Assembly (NCBI GenBank): GCA_973895155.1
Contig: OZ316894.1
Location: 21,361,867-21,425,866 of the forward strand
Length of the DNA stretch: 64,000 nucleotides
Direction: 5' to 3'
From: Marsupella aquatica
Lineage: Eukaryota; Plantae; Marchantiophyta
Part shown: positions 15,501 to 28,140 of the stretch, one piece after another
How the letters are laid out: each line of letters begins with the position of its first letter
Position numbering within the stretch: position 1 is the first letter of the stretch
Notes under the pieces: model-generated
What the model was told of the DNA's origin: nothing
Seen by the model: only the letters and a program-made list of their open reading frames with translations
Databases searched by the model: none
Program-made: the position numbers and the translations under genes

Positions 15501-18500
15501 GAACCCCTCGCCATCGATCATATAAGAAATCATCATTACGCTATCATACGAGGCGTCTGGAAATTTGAGAGGAAGCTTGGTTGTCTCGATATCGAAGGCA
15601 CAAACACGGACCTCGGCGCGCTGTAGTAGACCTGTTCTTTGCTCTAGTTTAACTCTTCCGGATTCCATAGTCACATTGTACCACCGTCCACATCTCACAT
15701 CTATGAATACAGCAACGAAGAGCACAACCGTTAGTTTCGGCTAGTTATATCGTCTCATCGTGAGACTCTTAGTAAGGATATGGACCTTAGGTGTAGCTCC
15801 TGTGCAGTAAGCAAATTCCTCTCCTGGACAACATTTAGTTGACCCGGTAGTCCGCACAAGGAACAAAGCCAGAAAGCCGGAATGGATGAGGAAGATAACC
15901 AACGATGGATCACTAATGACAAGAAGCCGTAGCAGAGTCAGTCAAACCGCCTTTGGCGGAGTACGGTCTTTAGATTCAGTACAGTAGTTCTCTCGAAAAT
16001 TTATCAGGGGGGCAAGAAAGACCTTGCCTTCAAAATTGAGACCTTATAGATTTTAACCCACTCTGGGAATGTTAATAATATAAGAGGTTTGCAGTTTACT
16101 ACAAATGCCGAGTGAATAAATTGTTTGCAACCATTTTCGCAAAGCAGGAAAATCATACCGTTGTCGATAGCAAATCGCACATGGTAAGGAACATCGTATT
16201 CTCGTAGTTCTGTCATATAATCGACGTAGTCTTGAATGTTTATCTTGTCTTCCTTTCCACCCCTGTGAGACCGAAGAGGAAAAAGTGGTTACGAGACAAT
16301 AGGTAACCCAATTAGTCTGCCCAAATAACAAGTCCATTGACCGTCAAATACAAGATCAGGTCACAATCTTTCCTTGGGTACTCATACCCGAAAGTTTAGA
16401 TTAGAGTTCGGATCTTAGCAATAAGAATTATTGTAGCTCAGAAGGTAAAGGGCCATTCTTTTTCTGCAACGTCCAAATTCTACAACACGACAAATGAGTT
16501 CCATGACGCAAACTAAGGGTGTCTATCATCTATTCTGCCGCCACCATTGATCAAGATGGGAGGAATAGAAAGTTACCTCATGGCCTCAAAGAGTGAGTCA
16601 TACGCCTTAGAAGCCTCCAACTTGGCCTGGTTCCGTTCGACTATTGGTAGGAGTTCGCTCTTCACCGACATCAATTCTTGTACAGTGTTGAAACTGACCT
16701 TCAAAAACTTGTCCCGCAAACCAGACAGATGATTTTTCTGCAGGGATTGAAAAGACACGAAATTGGTATGTGTAAATTTCAGGCATCACACTAAACGATT
16801 CGGCGGTCTGAAGTTCGAGAGAACATCATGGACTGGTTGATTCCCTATCTGAAATTCTCTGATGGGTATCCCATCATCCACAAGTATTCGCAGGCGTGCG
16901 CAAAATTGGAGAATTCGGGACCACGGAGTAATACCAAATCAAGATCTTCTTTCTCGACGACTTGAATATTCGCTATACGTCCTTCGTAACGACGCCGTAG
17001 ATAGGCATCAACGTCGAGCTCCATGTTTTTCTGCAGACCAGATTTTGTCGAGGTCACAAAGTTGCATTGAGTTCCGGAGCCTGCCTACTTGTTTTACTAA
17101 AATTATAAATATGATCTGCTGCAATAAAGACTACTTAAGTCTCGAGACCCTTCAATATTCCTGCCTACTTTGTATAAAGCACTCCACTCTCACCTTGGTA
17201 CCCAGATAAAAGTATGGCGCAAATTTGAATTGGGTTTTGAAAGTTGAACCATCCTGCATTAACAATTCAAGTCAGAGCACTAACAAGGCAACTGTCTAGG
17301 ACGATCCCATCATTTCTGCCATTGAAGAGCGGAAATTTGGACCTGGAGATTCAGAGCCTCCAAAAGGATATATCCTCGCTTCAGCGCATGAAGAAATTTG
17401 GACCAGCTTCCGCAGAGTTTGTCAAAGCTCGAATACTAAAATTTGACTGCATGATGAGGTCTTGAGCTGAACAGCCATGCACTGTTTTTCTGGTGTAAAA
17501 CAATGTTTTTGACTCACGAATTCCAAGATGAGAAAGGACAGAGCGGTGGGATTTACGGAATTCAGAGCAGTGAACGCTGCAGACTCCAAAAAGGAGTTCA
17601 CCGACTTACGACCACCTTGTTTACCAGGGCGGCTGCAGCCAAACCTAAACTAACCCATCTCATTCTAAATTGAAGCAACTACAAGGCTGCGGACAACTGC
17701 CGGGGAGATCGTAGACAACAGGCCCTGGTCATGCTGCCGAATTCAAAGGTCAAAATCTAAAGAGCAAGTGTTGGACATTTCTATGAAACTTCTGGTACAG
17801 TTAGGCATTTGATTCTCTCGCCAATTTACTCAGATATGAAACTTCTGGTCTAGTCAGGCATTTGATTCTCTCACCAATTTACTCAGATGGTTTGTTTGTT
17901 ACTTTTAAGGCATTCTCGCCTAGTTTGTGCTTAACGACTTACGTCCCCATTGGAAATTTGCGTACTCCAACATAATTCATTTAATACTCCTCGATTCAAG
18001 GAAAGTGGCCGAGTCTCTACCACCGTCGATGACGCAAGAAGGTATGCAAGTACCTGACACATGAAGTAGAGGTTGACGCAGCTGTAGGATTGAAGACTGT
18101 CGTGTTCGTCTTCCATGGACGACTGAAAAAATGACACAAAAACGGTAGTCAGTACCAGGGACATCGCACTTCGAACCAGGCCACTCCCCCGGATTCAGCT
18201 GGTGACCCCGAGAAACTCCAACAGTAAGAGCTCAAAATTGACCATCTCCTCACTTCTTCAGTAACAATTCCAGAGAGAAACTTTGGCAGATGCGGCTGGG
18301 GAAGTTGGCAACATTGACGTTAGATGCAGGAGCTATAGATATTTTACTACTGACCGAGGCCATATTGAGGAGCCAGCCGAGGCGGACATTCCCTTCGCTG
18401 AATACGTTAAAGCCGAATTTTGCCTCGAGAGCATCCTCCGCTGATTTCCACACCTTGGATCTGCCAACTCTTCTGACACTCTCTTTCCCACTAAGAATCT

Positions 18501-18648
18501 CCGTTCTGTTGCCTCTTCCGCGCCCCCCTCCTCCAAATCCTCTCCCTCTACTCATTCCACCTGCAGTATAACCGCGTCCTGTCCCTCTTCCACTCCCTCC
18601 TCCTCTATCATTATCCCACGAACCTCCTCCTTTCCTCTGGAATCCCAT
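535..18648 (-). CDS. POLE: DNA polymerase epsilon catalytic subunit A (POL2A/TILTED1/POLE), multi-exon gene span (several dozen exons)
   Basis: Exon translations match Pol epsilon in colinear order. N-term [17 protein letters not shown]; exonuclease [41 protein letters not shown]; polymerase [93 protein letters not shown]; C-terminal zinc fingers ([24 protein letters not shown]). Start ATG 18648; stop TAA 535-537 after ...[21 protein letters not shown]. Confidence 0.97.
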
Positions 18649-18919
18649 CGCTTCCTGCTCAACACGCTGACGAGACAGGTCAACCGCTTCTGCTCCGTCG
18701 CGGCAAATCTATCTTCCCAATCAGTGCCTCAGACCCTTCTCGGTCCAGCATTGTCATTCAGTCGCTGTAGCTTGCCAACCTCGACTAAGAATCGCTTCAA
18801 TTTCCCTCTTACCCCAACTTTCACTCACCAAACAAACAGAAGCCTATACTCTAGTTCACTGAACTGAGCGCTCGATCAGATCTACCCGCTTCCCTGCCTT
18901 ACGCGGCTGGCTCGTCCTC

Positions 18920-19540
18920 CATTCTGCACGAAAACGATCGGCTTTCCCCAACATTGCATCAGGCTTCCTCCTCCTCTTCCTCCTTCATTCTGCATGACAA
19001 CGATCAGCTTCTCCCCAGCGTCGCGTCAGGCTTCCTCCTCCTCTTCTTGCTTCATTCTGCAAGAAATCGATCAGCTTCTCCCCAGCATTGCATCGGGCTT
19101 CCTCCTCTTCATCCTTCATTCTGCATGAACCCCATCGGCTTCTCCCCAGTATTGCGTAAGGCTTAGTGCTCCTCGTCCTGCTTCTATCTTGCATCAAAAT
19201 GATCAGCTTCTCCAACATTGCGCAAGGCTTCCTCTTCCATTTCATACTTCATTCCGCATCAAAACGATCAGCGTCGCCCCACCATTGCGCAAGGCCTCCT
19301 CCTCCATTTCCTGATTCATTCCGCATCAAAACGATCAGCCTCTCCCCAACATTGCGCACTCCATTTCATCCTTCATTCTGCATCAAAACGATCAGCTTCT
19401 CCCCAACATTCCACAAGGCTTCCTCCTCCATTTCCTGCTTCATTCCGCATTGAAAACGATCAGCCTCTCCCCAACATTGCGCAAGGCTTCCTGCTTCATT
19501 TCATCCTTCATTCTCCATGAAATCGATCAGCTTCTCACCA
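18920..19540. repeat. Degenerate tandem repeat (~66-bp unit, ~10 copies) immediately upstream of POLE
   Basis: Unit ~CATTCTGCATCAAAACGATCAGCTTCTCCCCAACATTGCGCAAGGCTTCCTCCTCC...TCCTT. The GATCAGC core recurs at ~18936, 19002, 19069, 19201, 19266, 19333, 19390, 19458, 19525. Confidence 0.9.
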
Positions 19541-19689
19541 AGAGAAATTGCCGAACTCCTCGGACGTTGTAGCGTCCACGAAGAGAAGAGCGCGGGACCG
19601 AGATCAGTCTGTCTGCTCCTGTCCCCGCCATTTGAACACAGACGTCAGAAAGGGCGGGAGTGGTAGTCTCCCGCGTTCGGTGATACGGT

Positions 19690-20135
19690 GGCTCTGTAAC
19701 TCACGGTGTAAACTGTAAATCTCCATTAGTATTGGACAGGCGGTCTGGTATGAGGTTACTAGCATGTAACCCTATGTAACATATGGTGTAAGTTGTAAAC
19801 CTCTGGAGGTAGAAGAGATAGGCGTCTGGTGTTATTAGTATTTAACCCTATGTTACATGTGTAAACTGTAAACCTCTGGAAGTAGAGGAGATGGGCAGTC
19901 TGGTCTGGGGTTACTAGCATGTAACTCTATGTAAATTGTGTAAACTGTAAACCTCTGGAAGTATAAGATAATGGCGGTCTGGCCTGAGGTTACTAGGATG
20001 TAACCCTATGACAAGAAAGTGAGGAGAACAGTCTGGCCTGGGGTTACTAGAATGTAACCCTATGACAAGAAAATGAGGAGAAGGGTCTGGCCTGGCGTTA
20101 CTAGCATGTAACCCTATGACAAGAAAGTGAGGAGA
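19690..20135. repeat. Degenerate tandem repeat array (GTCTGG..GGTTACTAGCATGTAACCCTATG modules)
   Basis: GTTACTAG(C/G/A)ATGTAAC(C/T)CTATG and TGTAAACTGTAAACCTCTGGA modules repeated about 7 times. Confidence 0.8.
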
Positions 20136-20233
20136 ACCCTATTGGAAAGTTTTTAGGAGCTTTCTTGGAGCAAGGTTCAGGTAAGAACCCTTGCCCAAAT
20201 GTCCATTATAGTACATAAATCCTGTCAAGAGAA

Positions 20234-20575
20234 GAGGTTACCGGTGTGTAACCATTTCTAGAGGGCCTGCTATAGTCATAATCTACTGCCCTGAAAAGTA
20301 GAGTCGGTGACCTCTTTCCGGACAGGAGTTACGTACACTAGTGCAGGTCTGGGCTGGGGTTATAGACTGTAACCTGCTCCCGGAATATTCAAAGAAGCTT
20401 TCCGGCTGCCGCCGGTCAACTTCTTTTCATATTCCGGACGCAAGGTTACAGTCTAGTAACCTACACCCAGACCTGCATTACCCTATACATGATTACATGT
20501 AGAAAAGGATTATTTCCGGGCAAGAGATGATGGAAATATCAGGTACCCCTGAAATTGGTTACACACTGATAACTC
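20234..20575. mobile_element. Foldback/MITE-like imperfect inverted repeat
   Basis: Inner palindrome 20342-20477 (TGCAGGTCTGGG..GGTTA.TAGACTGTAACC..CCGGAATAT / ATATTCCGG..GGTTACAGTCTA.TAACC..CCCAGACCTGCA). Outer arms ~20234-20300 and ~20505-20575 are also reverse-complementary (GTGTGTAACCA / TGGTTACACAC). Confidence 0.6.
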
Positions 20576-20930
20576 ACATTCCAAATAGAAATCAGGCATC
20601 TACTGGACTAGTGCTAACGACAATGACCAATGCCCAACGGCAATCATTCCACTGGCTTTCTGGTTGCACAAAGGAGGTCAAGTTATTACCTTAGTGCCCT
20701 TCTTGATTTCCTCATTGTAATTTTGATGGCATTTGCTCAGAAGAATGCATTCAAGATTTGGATGGGCTCGTTATGAAAATTCTACTTTGAAAATGAAAAT
20801 CTCTTAAACCTTTAAGTTTATTAAGGTTGTTATACCAGAACATTGGGCCTCTCAAAAACTCAAACTCAATTGTCAATGAATTTTTGCATACAATGCTTTC
20901 AATTGTAAATAGTCATTTACTATGTACTTA

Positions 20931-21710
20931 ACTAACTCAATACCCGTGCGTTCCACAAAAAATGTCGTGTCGGCCAAGTTGTCATTGAGAACAAAAGATA
21001 TCGTGTCGGCCAAGACGCCGGTGAGAAGATGTCATGTCGGCCAAGTCGGCCAAGAAGTCGTTGAGAGCAAAAGATGTCGTGTTGCCCAAGATGTTATGTC
21101 GGCCAAGATGTCAGGGAGAACGAAAGATGTCGTGTCGGCCAAGAAGTCGATGAGAACAAACAGGAGAACAAAAGATGTTGTGTCGGCCAGGAGGTTGTTG
21201 AGAAGAAAGATGTCATCTCGGCCAAGAGGTTGTGGAAGAAATAGAGGTCGTGTTGCCAATGGTGTTGTTATGCCAAAGGTTTCGTTAAATATAACAATGT
21301 TGTTAAATACAAAATAGCTCAATACCTGTGCGTTGCACAAAAGATGTTGTGTAGCCCAAGATGTTGTTATGTGAAAGATGTTGTGAAGCAAAAAGATGTC
21401 ATTAAGAACGATGAAGTTGTTTCGCCAAAGATGTAGTTATGTTAAAGACGTTGTCAAGTAAAAAGATGTTGTTAAAAAAGAAGTCATTTTGCCAAACATG
21501 TCGTCAAGTAAAAAGTTGTCATCAAGTAAAAAGTTGTCGTCAAGTAAAAAATTGTCATTTACAAAAAAGACGTCATTTTGCCAAAGATGTCGTTTTGCCA
21601 AAGATGTCATGAATAAAAAGATTTAGTCGAGTGAAAAGATGATGTGGTGCCAAATGGGTCGTTATGCAAAAGACATTGTGAAGTAAAAAGATGTCGTCAA
21701 GTAAAAGTGT
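20931..21710 (-). mobile_element. Probable non-autonomous Helitron remnant with AAGATGTCGT(GTCGGCC) tandem repeats
   Basis: Two copies (20931, ~21313) of ACTA(A/G)CTCAATACC(C/T)GTGCGTT(G/C)CAC. Its reverse complement resembles the plant Helitron 3' end (GTGCAACGCACGGGTA...CTAGT). Followed by degenerate AAGATGTCGT repeats. Confidence 0.45.
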
Positions 21711-23316
21711 GCCCCCTAGCCCAACACCTTGCCATCAATGTTAGTGCCATGATATTTGCTATGTCTTTGGACCTTATAACTTTTGATTTTTTGGCAGTGA
21801 AAATGGCACAAAAAATGAATGTAAAAAATCACCCTGAATATTGGAAGAATTATGTTTTATTTACGGACCTCATTAGGGATCCTTTCCAAAATTCCAGGCT
21901 CCACAGCGCGTGACATCATCATGGCACACTACAAACACAAAGAGACTTGTTTTTGGATAAAATTAATTTCTGCATTCATGTTTGTGGCAACTTTTCTATA
22001 AAATCTGGGACGTTATGCTTTAAAAGAGAATGTAAAAAAATCTGACATGCAAATCAAAAGACAAAGATTGAGGTAAAATTGCCCCTAGTAACGGTTTCAT
22101 TTATAGTTTGATTTTACTCAAAATGTAAAATTTTCTCGGCAGCAATTTTTGATTTGACATTGTTAAGTCAAATCATAATGAAAACTCACGTATAATATGA
22201 CGTTGGAACAATCTTGAAGAGACGGTCCTAATGAGCTCAGGATTGTCACCATTCAGTAAGAATTGAGTAAGCAATTTCAAAAATAGATTTTACCCTTGAT
22301 TTCATAATCTCTAACGTGAATACCCGTGTGAATAGAAATAAAAAAATTTGTTCCACAACCCTTGAAATGTTGATCCCTTCCATGAGAATGAACCAAAAAT
22401 TTGACAGATTTTATCGAGTACTAAGGAGATTATGAGTTTTAGAATTTCCTTAGATTTTTAATGAACTTAACATTGATAGATTTAATTGAGTTTTGAGTAG
22501 ATTATGAGTTTCTAAATTTCTCTAGCTTTTGATCGATTCCAAAGTCTACAATTGGAGATATGTTTTCATGAATGTTTTGTCTCAAACAATTATGCTAAGT
22601 TAGTGATTTGACGACAATGTCGGCTTCTCTCTTCATCTCTCTACATGTAGGAATTGAAAAGCGATTACTTTCAATGCAACTTGAGTGCATCTGACATCCT
22701 TTTGGTACCATGGAGGAAACCATGGAGCACCGTTTTGCTGAAGTGGGCAATTAAACTACCCAACATTAAACAATAGTTCACATTGTAGCTGGTTTTGTGA
22801 TTCATGTTAATTCTGGTTGCCTTGGTAAGTTTGGCAACTGTTTCAAGTGTCAAACACTGACTTGTCCATTTTTGAAGAAAAAAATAATCTTTAGATTTGG
22901 AGGTCTAGTTGGGCTTGAGTTTCTAGACAATGGCCTCTGTTAGGTATTGCTCTTAGTCTTGTGACTCTTGAGCTAACCACAGTTAGGCTAACTTAGGTTA
23001 GGACTTAGCTAAGGTTAGCGGTAGTGCTGTTGTGTATAAAGCTAGGGCTGGTGCGAGTCCTTGGTGGATCTTCAGGTCATTGTTGGAGTGGAGCAAGAGA
23101 GAAGTAAAGGTCTCTTGCTTTCCCATGGACGTAGCCTCAACCGTGAGGTGAACTATGTACTTGCTGTGTCGACTACTTTGTATGGTGTTCATATGTGCAT
23201 GGTGTCTCGGGATAAGGATTATCCCCAACAGCCTCTAAAATAACATGGGTCGGGGGTCCACTGATTAATTGGTTAGTGTATGTAGTCCCCTATTGATTGA
23301 AATAGTATCTGAAATT

Positions 23317-23648
23317 TGTCACACCATTCTAGGTAGTGTTAGAGTGTATCGTACTATCTAGATCCGTATGTTTGGTATGTGTGCTATATGAGCTGATAAG
23401 GTTCCGTTAGGTTTGTGTGAGAGGGTACTTCTCACTTGTGAGGCATTGAAAGGTCATCTTTCAATGTTGAGCCTTGGAGAGAGAGGAGCTTGAGTGTGGC
23501 TATGGTGGCTGTGAGCTCCGCTTGTGTAACGTGGATTCCTTGAGTAGTGCAAGGTGCGTTGGCTTGACATACATGTGTGATCGGATCGGTGTGGGATCGA
23601 TGGGGTATTGTTGACCGGGATCGTTGTGCCGATTGTATGGAGATTACA
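23317..23648 (+). repeat. Terminal repeat A1 (5' end of retroelement)
   Basis: 23317-23646 matches 31761-32090 with 7 substitutions by my count (6 transitions). Begins TG and ends ...GAGATTACA. Confidence 0.95.
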
Positions 23649-24660
23649 TTAGAAGATCAGATGCGAACTTTGTTGTGCGGACTGTGCAAACAGAAGTTCA
23701 TATGTGTTGATTGAGTTGGGGACGGTTTGGGGAAATCATTGTGTGGATCCGTGGTAGCTCGGATCGTATTGAATAGATCATTGGTATCTTGGTTGGTTGC
23801 TGGTAACGGATCTGAAGTGGGAGATCCGAGTTCTGAAGTTTTGCTGTTGACGGTTTTCGGATAGAGTTCTCAAGCAGATCTGTGGTGCCGTTCGATCATT
23901 GTGAAGCCTTTGATAAGCTGATTGGGTGATTATTGCGTGAGGCACGCGAGGTCACCCATCCCGAAAGTGCTCCCAACCGCGAGCGCAAAGTCATCCATCG
24001 CGAGCGCAGGCAGGCGCGAGGTCGAGGTCACCCATCCCGAGGCTATTCCGGGCCGTGAACGCGAGGGGAGGCACGAGGGCTATTCCGAGTCGTGAGCGCA
24101 AGGCGAAGCGCAAGGTCACCCATCCCGGGGCTATTCCCAACCGCAAGCGCTTAACTGGCAAGTTCTCATCCCACCTTGTGTACACACAAGTTTTCACAAC
24201 TTGTTGTTTAGATTCAAGCGCCAGGGGGCTTTATACACTTTCCGGTTTGCTTAGAGCCTTGTTTCGGGCCAAATCATAGGCTCTTTAGAGATTTTTGATA
24301 GTTCTGAGTTCATCTAAATACACAGATTGAACCAATTCTGCATGGTTTCTCATCTATAACATTGGGACATGATGAAGCCTATTATGAAGGCCTGTCATTG
24401 AACATTATGAATATTTGTTTGATCAATGTGTGATCACTCTTGGTGTGGAGAGTTAGTGTTTGACTATTCTTGTTGATTGGATCCTCTCCACACTTGTTTC
24501 CTGTTTATGCGCCATGTTGGTTCGGTATGGGCGCTTGATTCCATAGGAGTGATCCGGGTTTGCAACCGGACATTCTAGTGTGCTGTGTATTTCTCTCCTG
24601 GTGATGTTGGAGTGATGCCCAACACACCATGATATGTAGACATTGCGTAACGCCACGTTG

Positions 24661-26049
24661 TTTACCTGTTTCATGGCATGGAAGGGATTATTTCAGCATT
24701 TGGAGGGGTCACCCATGGATAACTACCATGAGTTTTGGAAGGCTCATTTGGTTGAGATTGAGGCATGGAGGTAGCATTGGTCACCTAATTACGTGTCCAT
24801 CACCTATGGCACTAGTGCGGCTGCCCAACCCATTGCCACAACTGCTGCTTCTTCTAGCAGCACTAGCCAGAGTGGCACACCATCCACCAGCAGCACTCCA
24901 ACAGCATCCACCGCTACTCCTGCCGGTGTGATTGTGACAAGAACTGGAGTTGCGCCAGCATTTAACCCTATGGTGGAATTCTTTGAGGTACTGAAGCAGA
25001 ACTATCAGGGTGTGAGAACTGATAAGTTGAAGGGTCTCCAGGAGTTCCAACGTAAGATTGGAGAGAGTCTACGCGAGGCATACACTCGTATGCGCAGATT
25101 GATCACTGTCACCAAGGGAGTGGCAGAGGCTCAGGCAGTCCAGTTTTGGTATGCAATTCTGGACAGAGAATTGCGACGCAAAGTGAGAGATGTCACCTTG
25201 CTTAGGGATGCAGATCCCACATTGGCAGTTGTTTTTACCCTTTCTGAGCGTATTGAGCTCAATATGGTGAATGAGAAGGTGGTGACTTCCGGATTTTCCA
25301 AGGAAGCACCAAAGGCTGCGTCTACATCCACACCACAGCCTACTACACGGAAGAGCCAGAGGAAGAAGCCTACTGCACGAGAGTCTACCAGCCAGAGACC
25401 TGTGCCCTCTTATGCTGGACAACAGTCAGGATGTTGGACCTGTGGTGGGGATCATGCACAGAGATATTGCCCACATCATAGAGGATCAGGGGGAGCATCA
25501 GCGCCTGATTAGCGATAGTGTGATCACTGTGGAGCTCCTAGACACACCAAGGATAGGTGTTTCTCACTCCACCCTGAGTTACGGAGAGGAGGATCACGTA
25601 CACATGATCAAGAAAGAGGAGGAGGAGGTAGAGGTGGTGGACGTGGTCGTGGCATGCCACATGCAGGGAGACAGGGAGGTGACGCTGCCCTTGCTGTAAC
25701 CATAGATCCAAAGGATGCTAAGATTGCTCAATTGGAGCAACAACTAGTTGCCATGGCTAGTTCCCAGGTGAGACCTAATTTTGGTGATGGGGCATCTACA
25801 TCCTATGGACCTTCCACATCCCATGGTCCTTCCATATCTTATGGAGCTAATGGAGACCTTGCCACCATGGGATTCATGTGTGGCACTGCACATATTGATG
25901 CATCAACAACGTTGACACGTGGGGCAGCCAAAGCTCTTGAGCCCCGAGGAGCAGTAGTGGAGTTAGATCCACAGAGGGGGATGCACGTTGGCAGACAAAG
26001 CTTCCTCAGTCTTTTATATTGTCAGAGACAATTTAGACTACCTTTATGA
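24661..26049 (+). pseudogene. gag: gag of the retroelement (capsid-like region, two CCHC zinc knuckles, RGG tract), interrupted by in-frame stops; true start not determined
   Basis: LQEFQRKIGESLREAYTRMRRL (retrotrans_gag-like Q..GES motif). Knuckle CWTCGGDHAQRYC and, reading through TAG codons at 25510 and 25516, CDHCGAPRHTKDRC. Same frame continues into ORF 25654-26049. Confidence 0.8.
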
Positions 26050-26435
26050 ACCCGGTTTGGACAAACCCTGATGTGGGTAAGTCGGCAGAATCAGGTAGTG
26101 ATGCAGCAGGGATGACAGGTACCCTACTGGGGGCGGCTACTGCCATGGTACGCACCCCATTATTTTCAGCAACAGACATGCTGAACTTGGGAGTTGGTCC
26201 TGCATAAGTGTTCAGATTGGCAGCTACACTCTGTGAGGACATTCCAGTGGTTGCTTCCCATGCAGAAGCAACTTGCAGTGTTGAAGCAGTGAAGACCATG
26301 CCACCTACTGCTACTAGTGAGACATGGCATGCAGCAGCAGCAAGGTTGGTGGAATTACCAGCACGCTCTGCATTTGAGAGGACTAGGTTCAAACCTAGTG
26401 TTGTGTCATTGGAGAATCGAAGTGGTATCTTCTGA

Positions 26436-26790
26436 TTAGTTGGGCCTTCTGGGGCAGTATACCAGCCAGAGAGAGTGTTACTGAATATTGGTGCTCAACC
26501 CTTGATGTTGGGTAAGTCTACCATACGTGGATTGGGATTGCGTCTGGAGGATTTGGAGGATTGTCCCTTTCCCATTCAGACTTCATTGGGGGACCTACAC
26601 CTACACAGCACATTACCAAGAGAGCTCTTGATTTGAGGTTTCAGGAAGGTCATACCACAGATAGCTCACAGATATAGGCGCGAGCTATTCTGACTAAGGC
26701 AGAGTCATATGATGTGTTGGTGGGATGTATAGTGCTCTACCCCATGGAATTTATTCTTGATTTTTGGGAGGAATCAGTGTCATATAGACA
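26436..26790 (+). pseudogene. Retroviral-like aspartic protease domain (degenerate, frameshifted)
   Basis: RVLLNIGAQPLML (DTGA motif degenerated to NIGA by two transitions) and downstream YDVLVG (ILG-like motif) in a shifted frame. Confidence 0.7.
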
Positions 26791-27189
26791 GGACATCTAT
26801 ATATGGCAATCAGAAGATGCTCGATTGAGCAAATTGCTAGTGAGATTTAGTGGACCTATGGGAGGCCCTAAATCCACACCATTGTCTTTGGCAGCATTCA
26901 GTGGTCAATTGCTGGACCTGATGATTTGATTGAGGGTAATGCGCATGCAGCAGATGTTCCACCATTGGAGGAGTCTCATGAGGAGCACATCATGCGAGGA
27001 TTACCTATTGGCAGTGTTGTGCCACCAGTGTGGGGCACTGCACAGGCCTTGCCACACGCAGCAGCACGATTGGTACATGATGCATGACGTCATGCTTTTA
27101 CACCACAGTCAGGACCAGAGCAGTCTCTTGCAGATGGACTTGTGACTCTTTCACCATTAGATACCACTCCTATTGCTTGGCAATACCCA

Positions 27190-28140
27190 CTGGTATTTGC
27201 TTGTTGGATCTTTTTGGTGGGATTAGCAGATTGGCTGTTGTTCTTCAGGCAGAAATTCTTGTGCGTCGTTATTTGTATGTGGAGACAGATGAGACAGCAC
27301 GGAGGGTCTCATTGCGACATGTGGCTATGTTGGTGGATAGATATCCACAATTGCTGCCAGTGGATGCTGTTTGTGGTTATCAGCATGCACTACCTGCTGA
27401 TATTTCATTGTTGGGGGCGGATCATCTGCATCGTGTTGGCCCCATTGATTTGGTGATTGCTGGTTGGCCATGTTAGGACCAATCTAGAGCTGGCATTGGG
27501 CATGGACTTCATGATCCACGCTTTGCACTATTTTGGGAGATGTTACGGGTGCTGCGTCATCTCCAGCTACATCAGACACAGTCTCCAGCCATTTTGGAAA
27601 ATATGTCATTGTTAGGTGATGATCGTAGTCGGATTGTTGCTAGTGTTCACCAGGTGAGGTCTTGGATTGGACCTGCTGTGTTATTGGATGTTGCACGTGT
27701 GGGTTCTCGTGCACATCGTCCACGCTTGTGGTGGACCAATTTGATCCCATGTGAGGTGCTGAAGCGCGCATTTGACAGCATTCCACGCTCACCAGCCTTA
27801 GTGGTGGATGATATTTTGGATCTAGGGCGTCGTGCACAGGGTGTGACCCAATCTGATAGACCTCCATTGGCAGTGGTCAATGTAGTTGGGCACCCACGTT
27901 GTGCATTACCCACTCTTGTAAGCCACTCTGCTTCATATGCATTCAAAGCAAGTGGCCCTGGACTTGTGTGGGACACATCTCTCCAACAGTTAGTGGAGCC
28001 TACTGCTGATGAGAGAGAGCGTGTTATGGGATTTTTGACTGGCACCACTGCAGTTGCCTCTGTGTTAGAGGGTTTGCGGCGCCAGGTTCTTGGTCAAGCA
28101 ATGGATCTGAATTGTTTGACTTGGATTATCAGCTTGGGAG
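27190..28140 (+). pseudogene. DNMT3-like C5-cytosine DNA methyltransferase domain embedded in pol (nonsense codon right after catalytic PC)
   Basis: Motif I LLDLFGGI, II YVETD, III ADI, IV GPIDLVIAGWPC*(TAG, likely from CAG), VI ILENM, VIII RAHRPRLWWTNL, IX ERERVMGF..G.T, X RRQVLGQAMD. Canonical non-permuted order. ORFs 27084-27476 and 27540-28322 share a frame with RT. Confidence 0.92.

Noticed and set aside
611-18571. Many short plus-strand ORFs across POLE (and similarly across WDR36 and ALG6)
   Set aside because: They are antisense shadows of exons or intron noise, with no domain features.
18920-21710. Regularly spaced repeats as a CRISPR-like array
   Set aside because: The units are degenerate along their whole length with no unique spacers, the context is eukaryotic and there are no cas genes. 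These are minisatellites/TE repeats.
27190-28140. Host DNMT3/DRM gene, or a bacterial R-M or 4mC methyltransferase
   Set aside because: It is intronless, lies inside the TSD-bounded element and is in frame with RT. The PC/EN motifs indicate C5 chemistry, and the motif order is not DRM-permuted.
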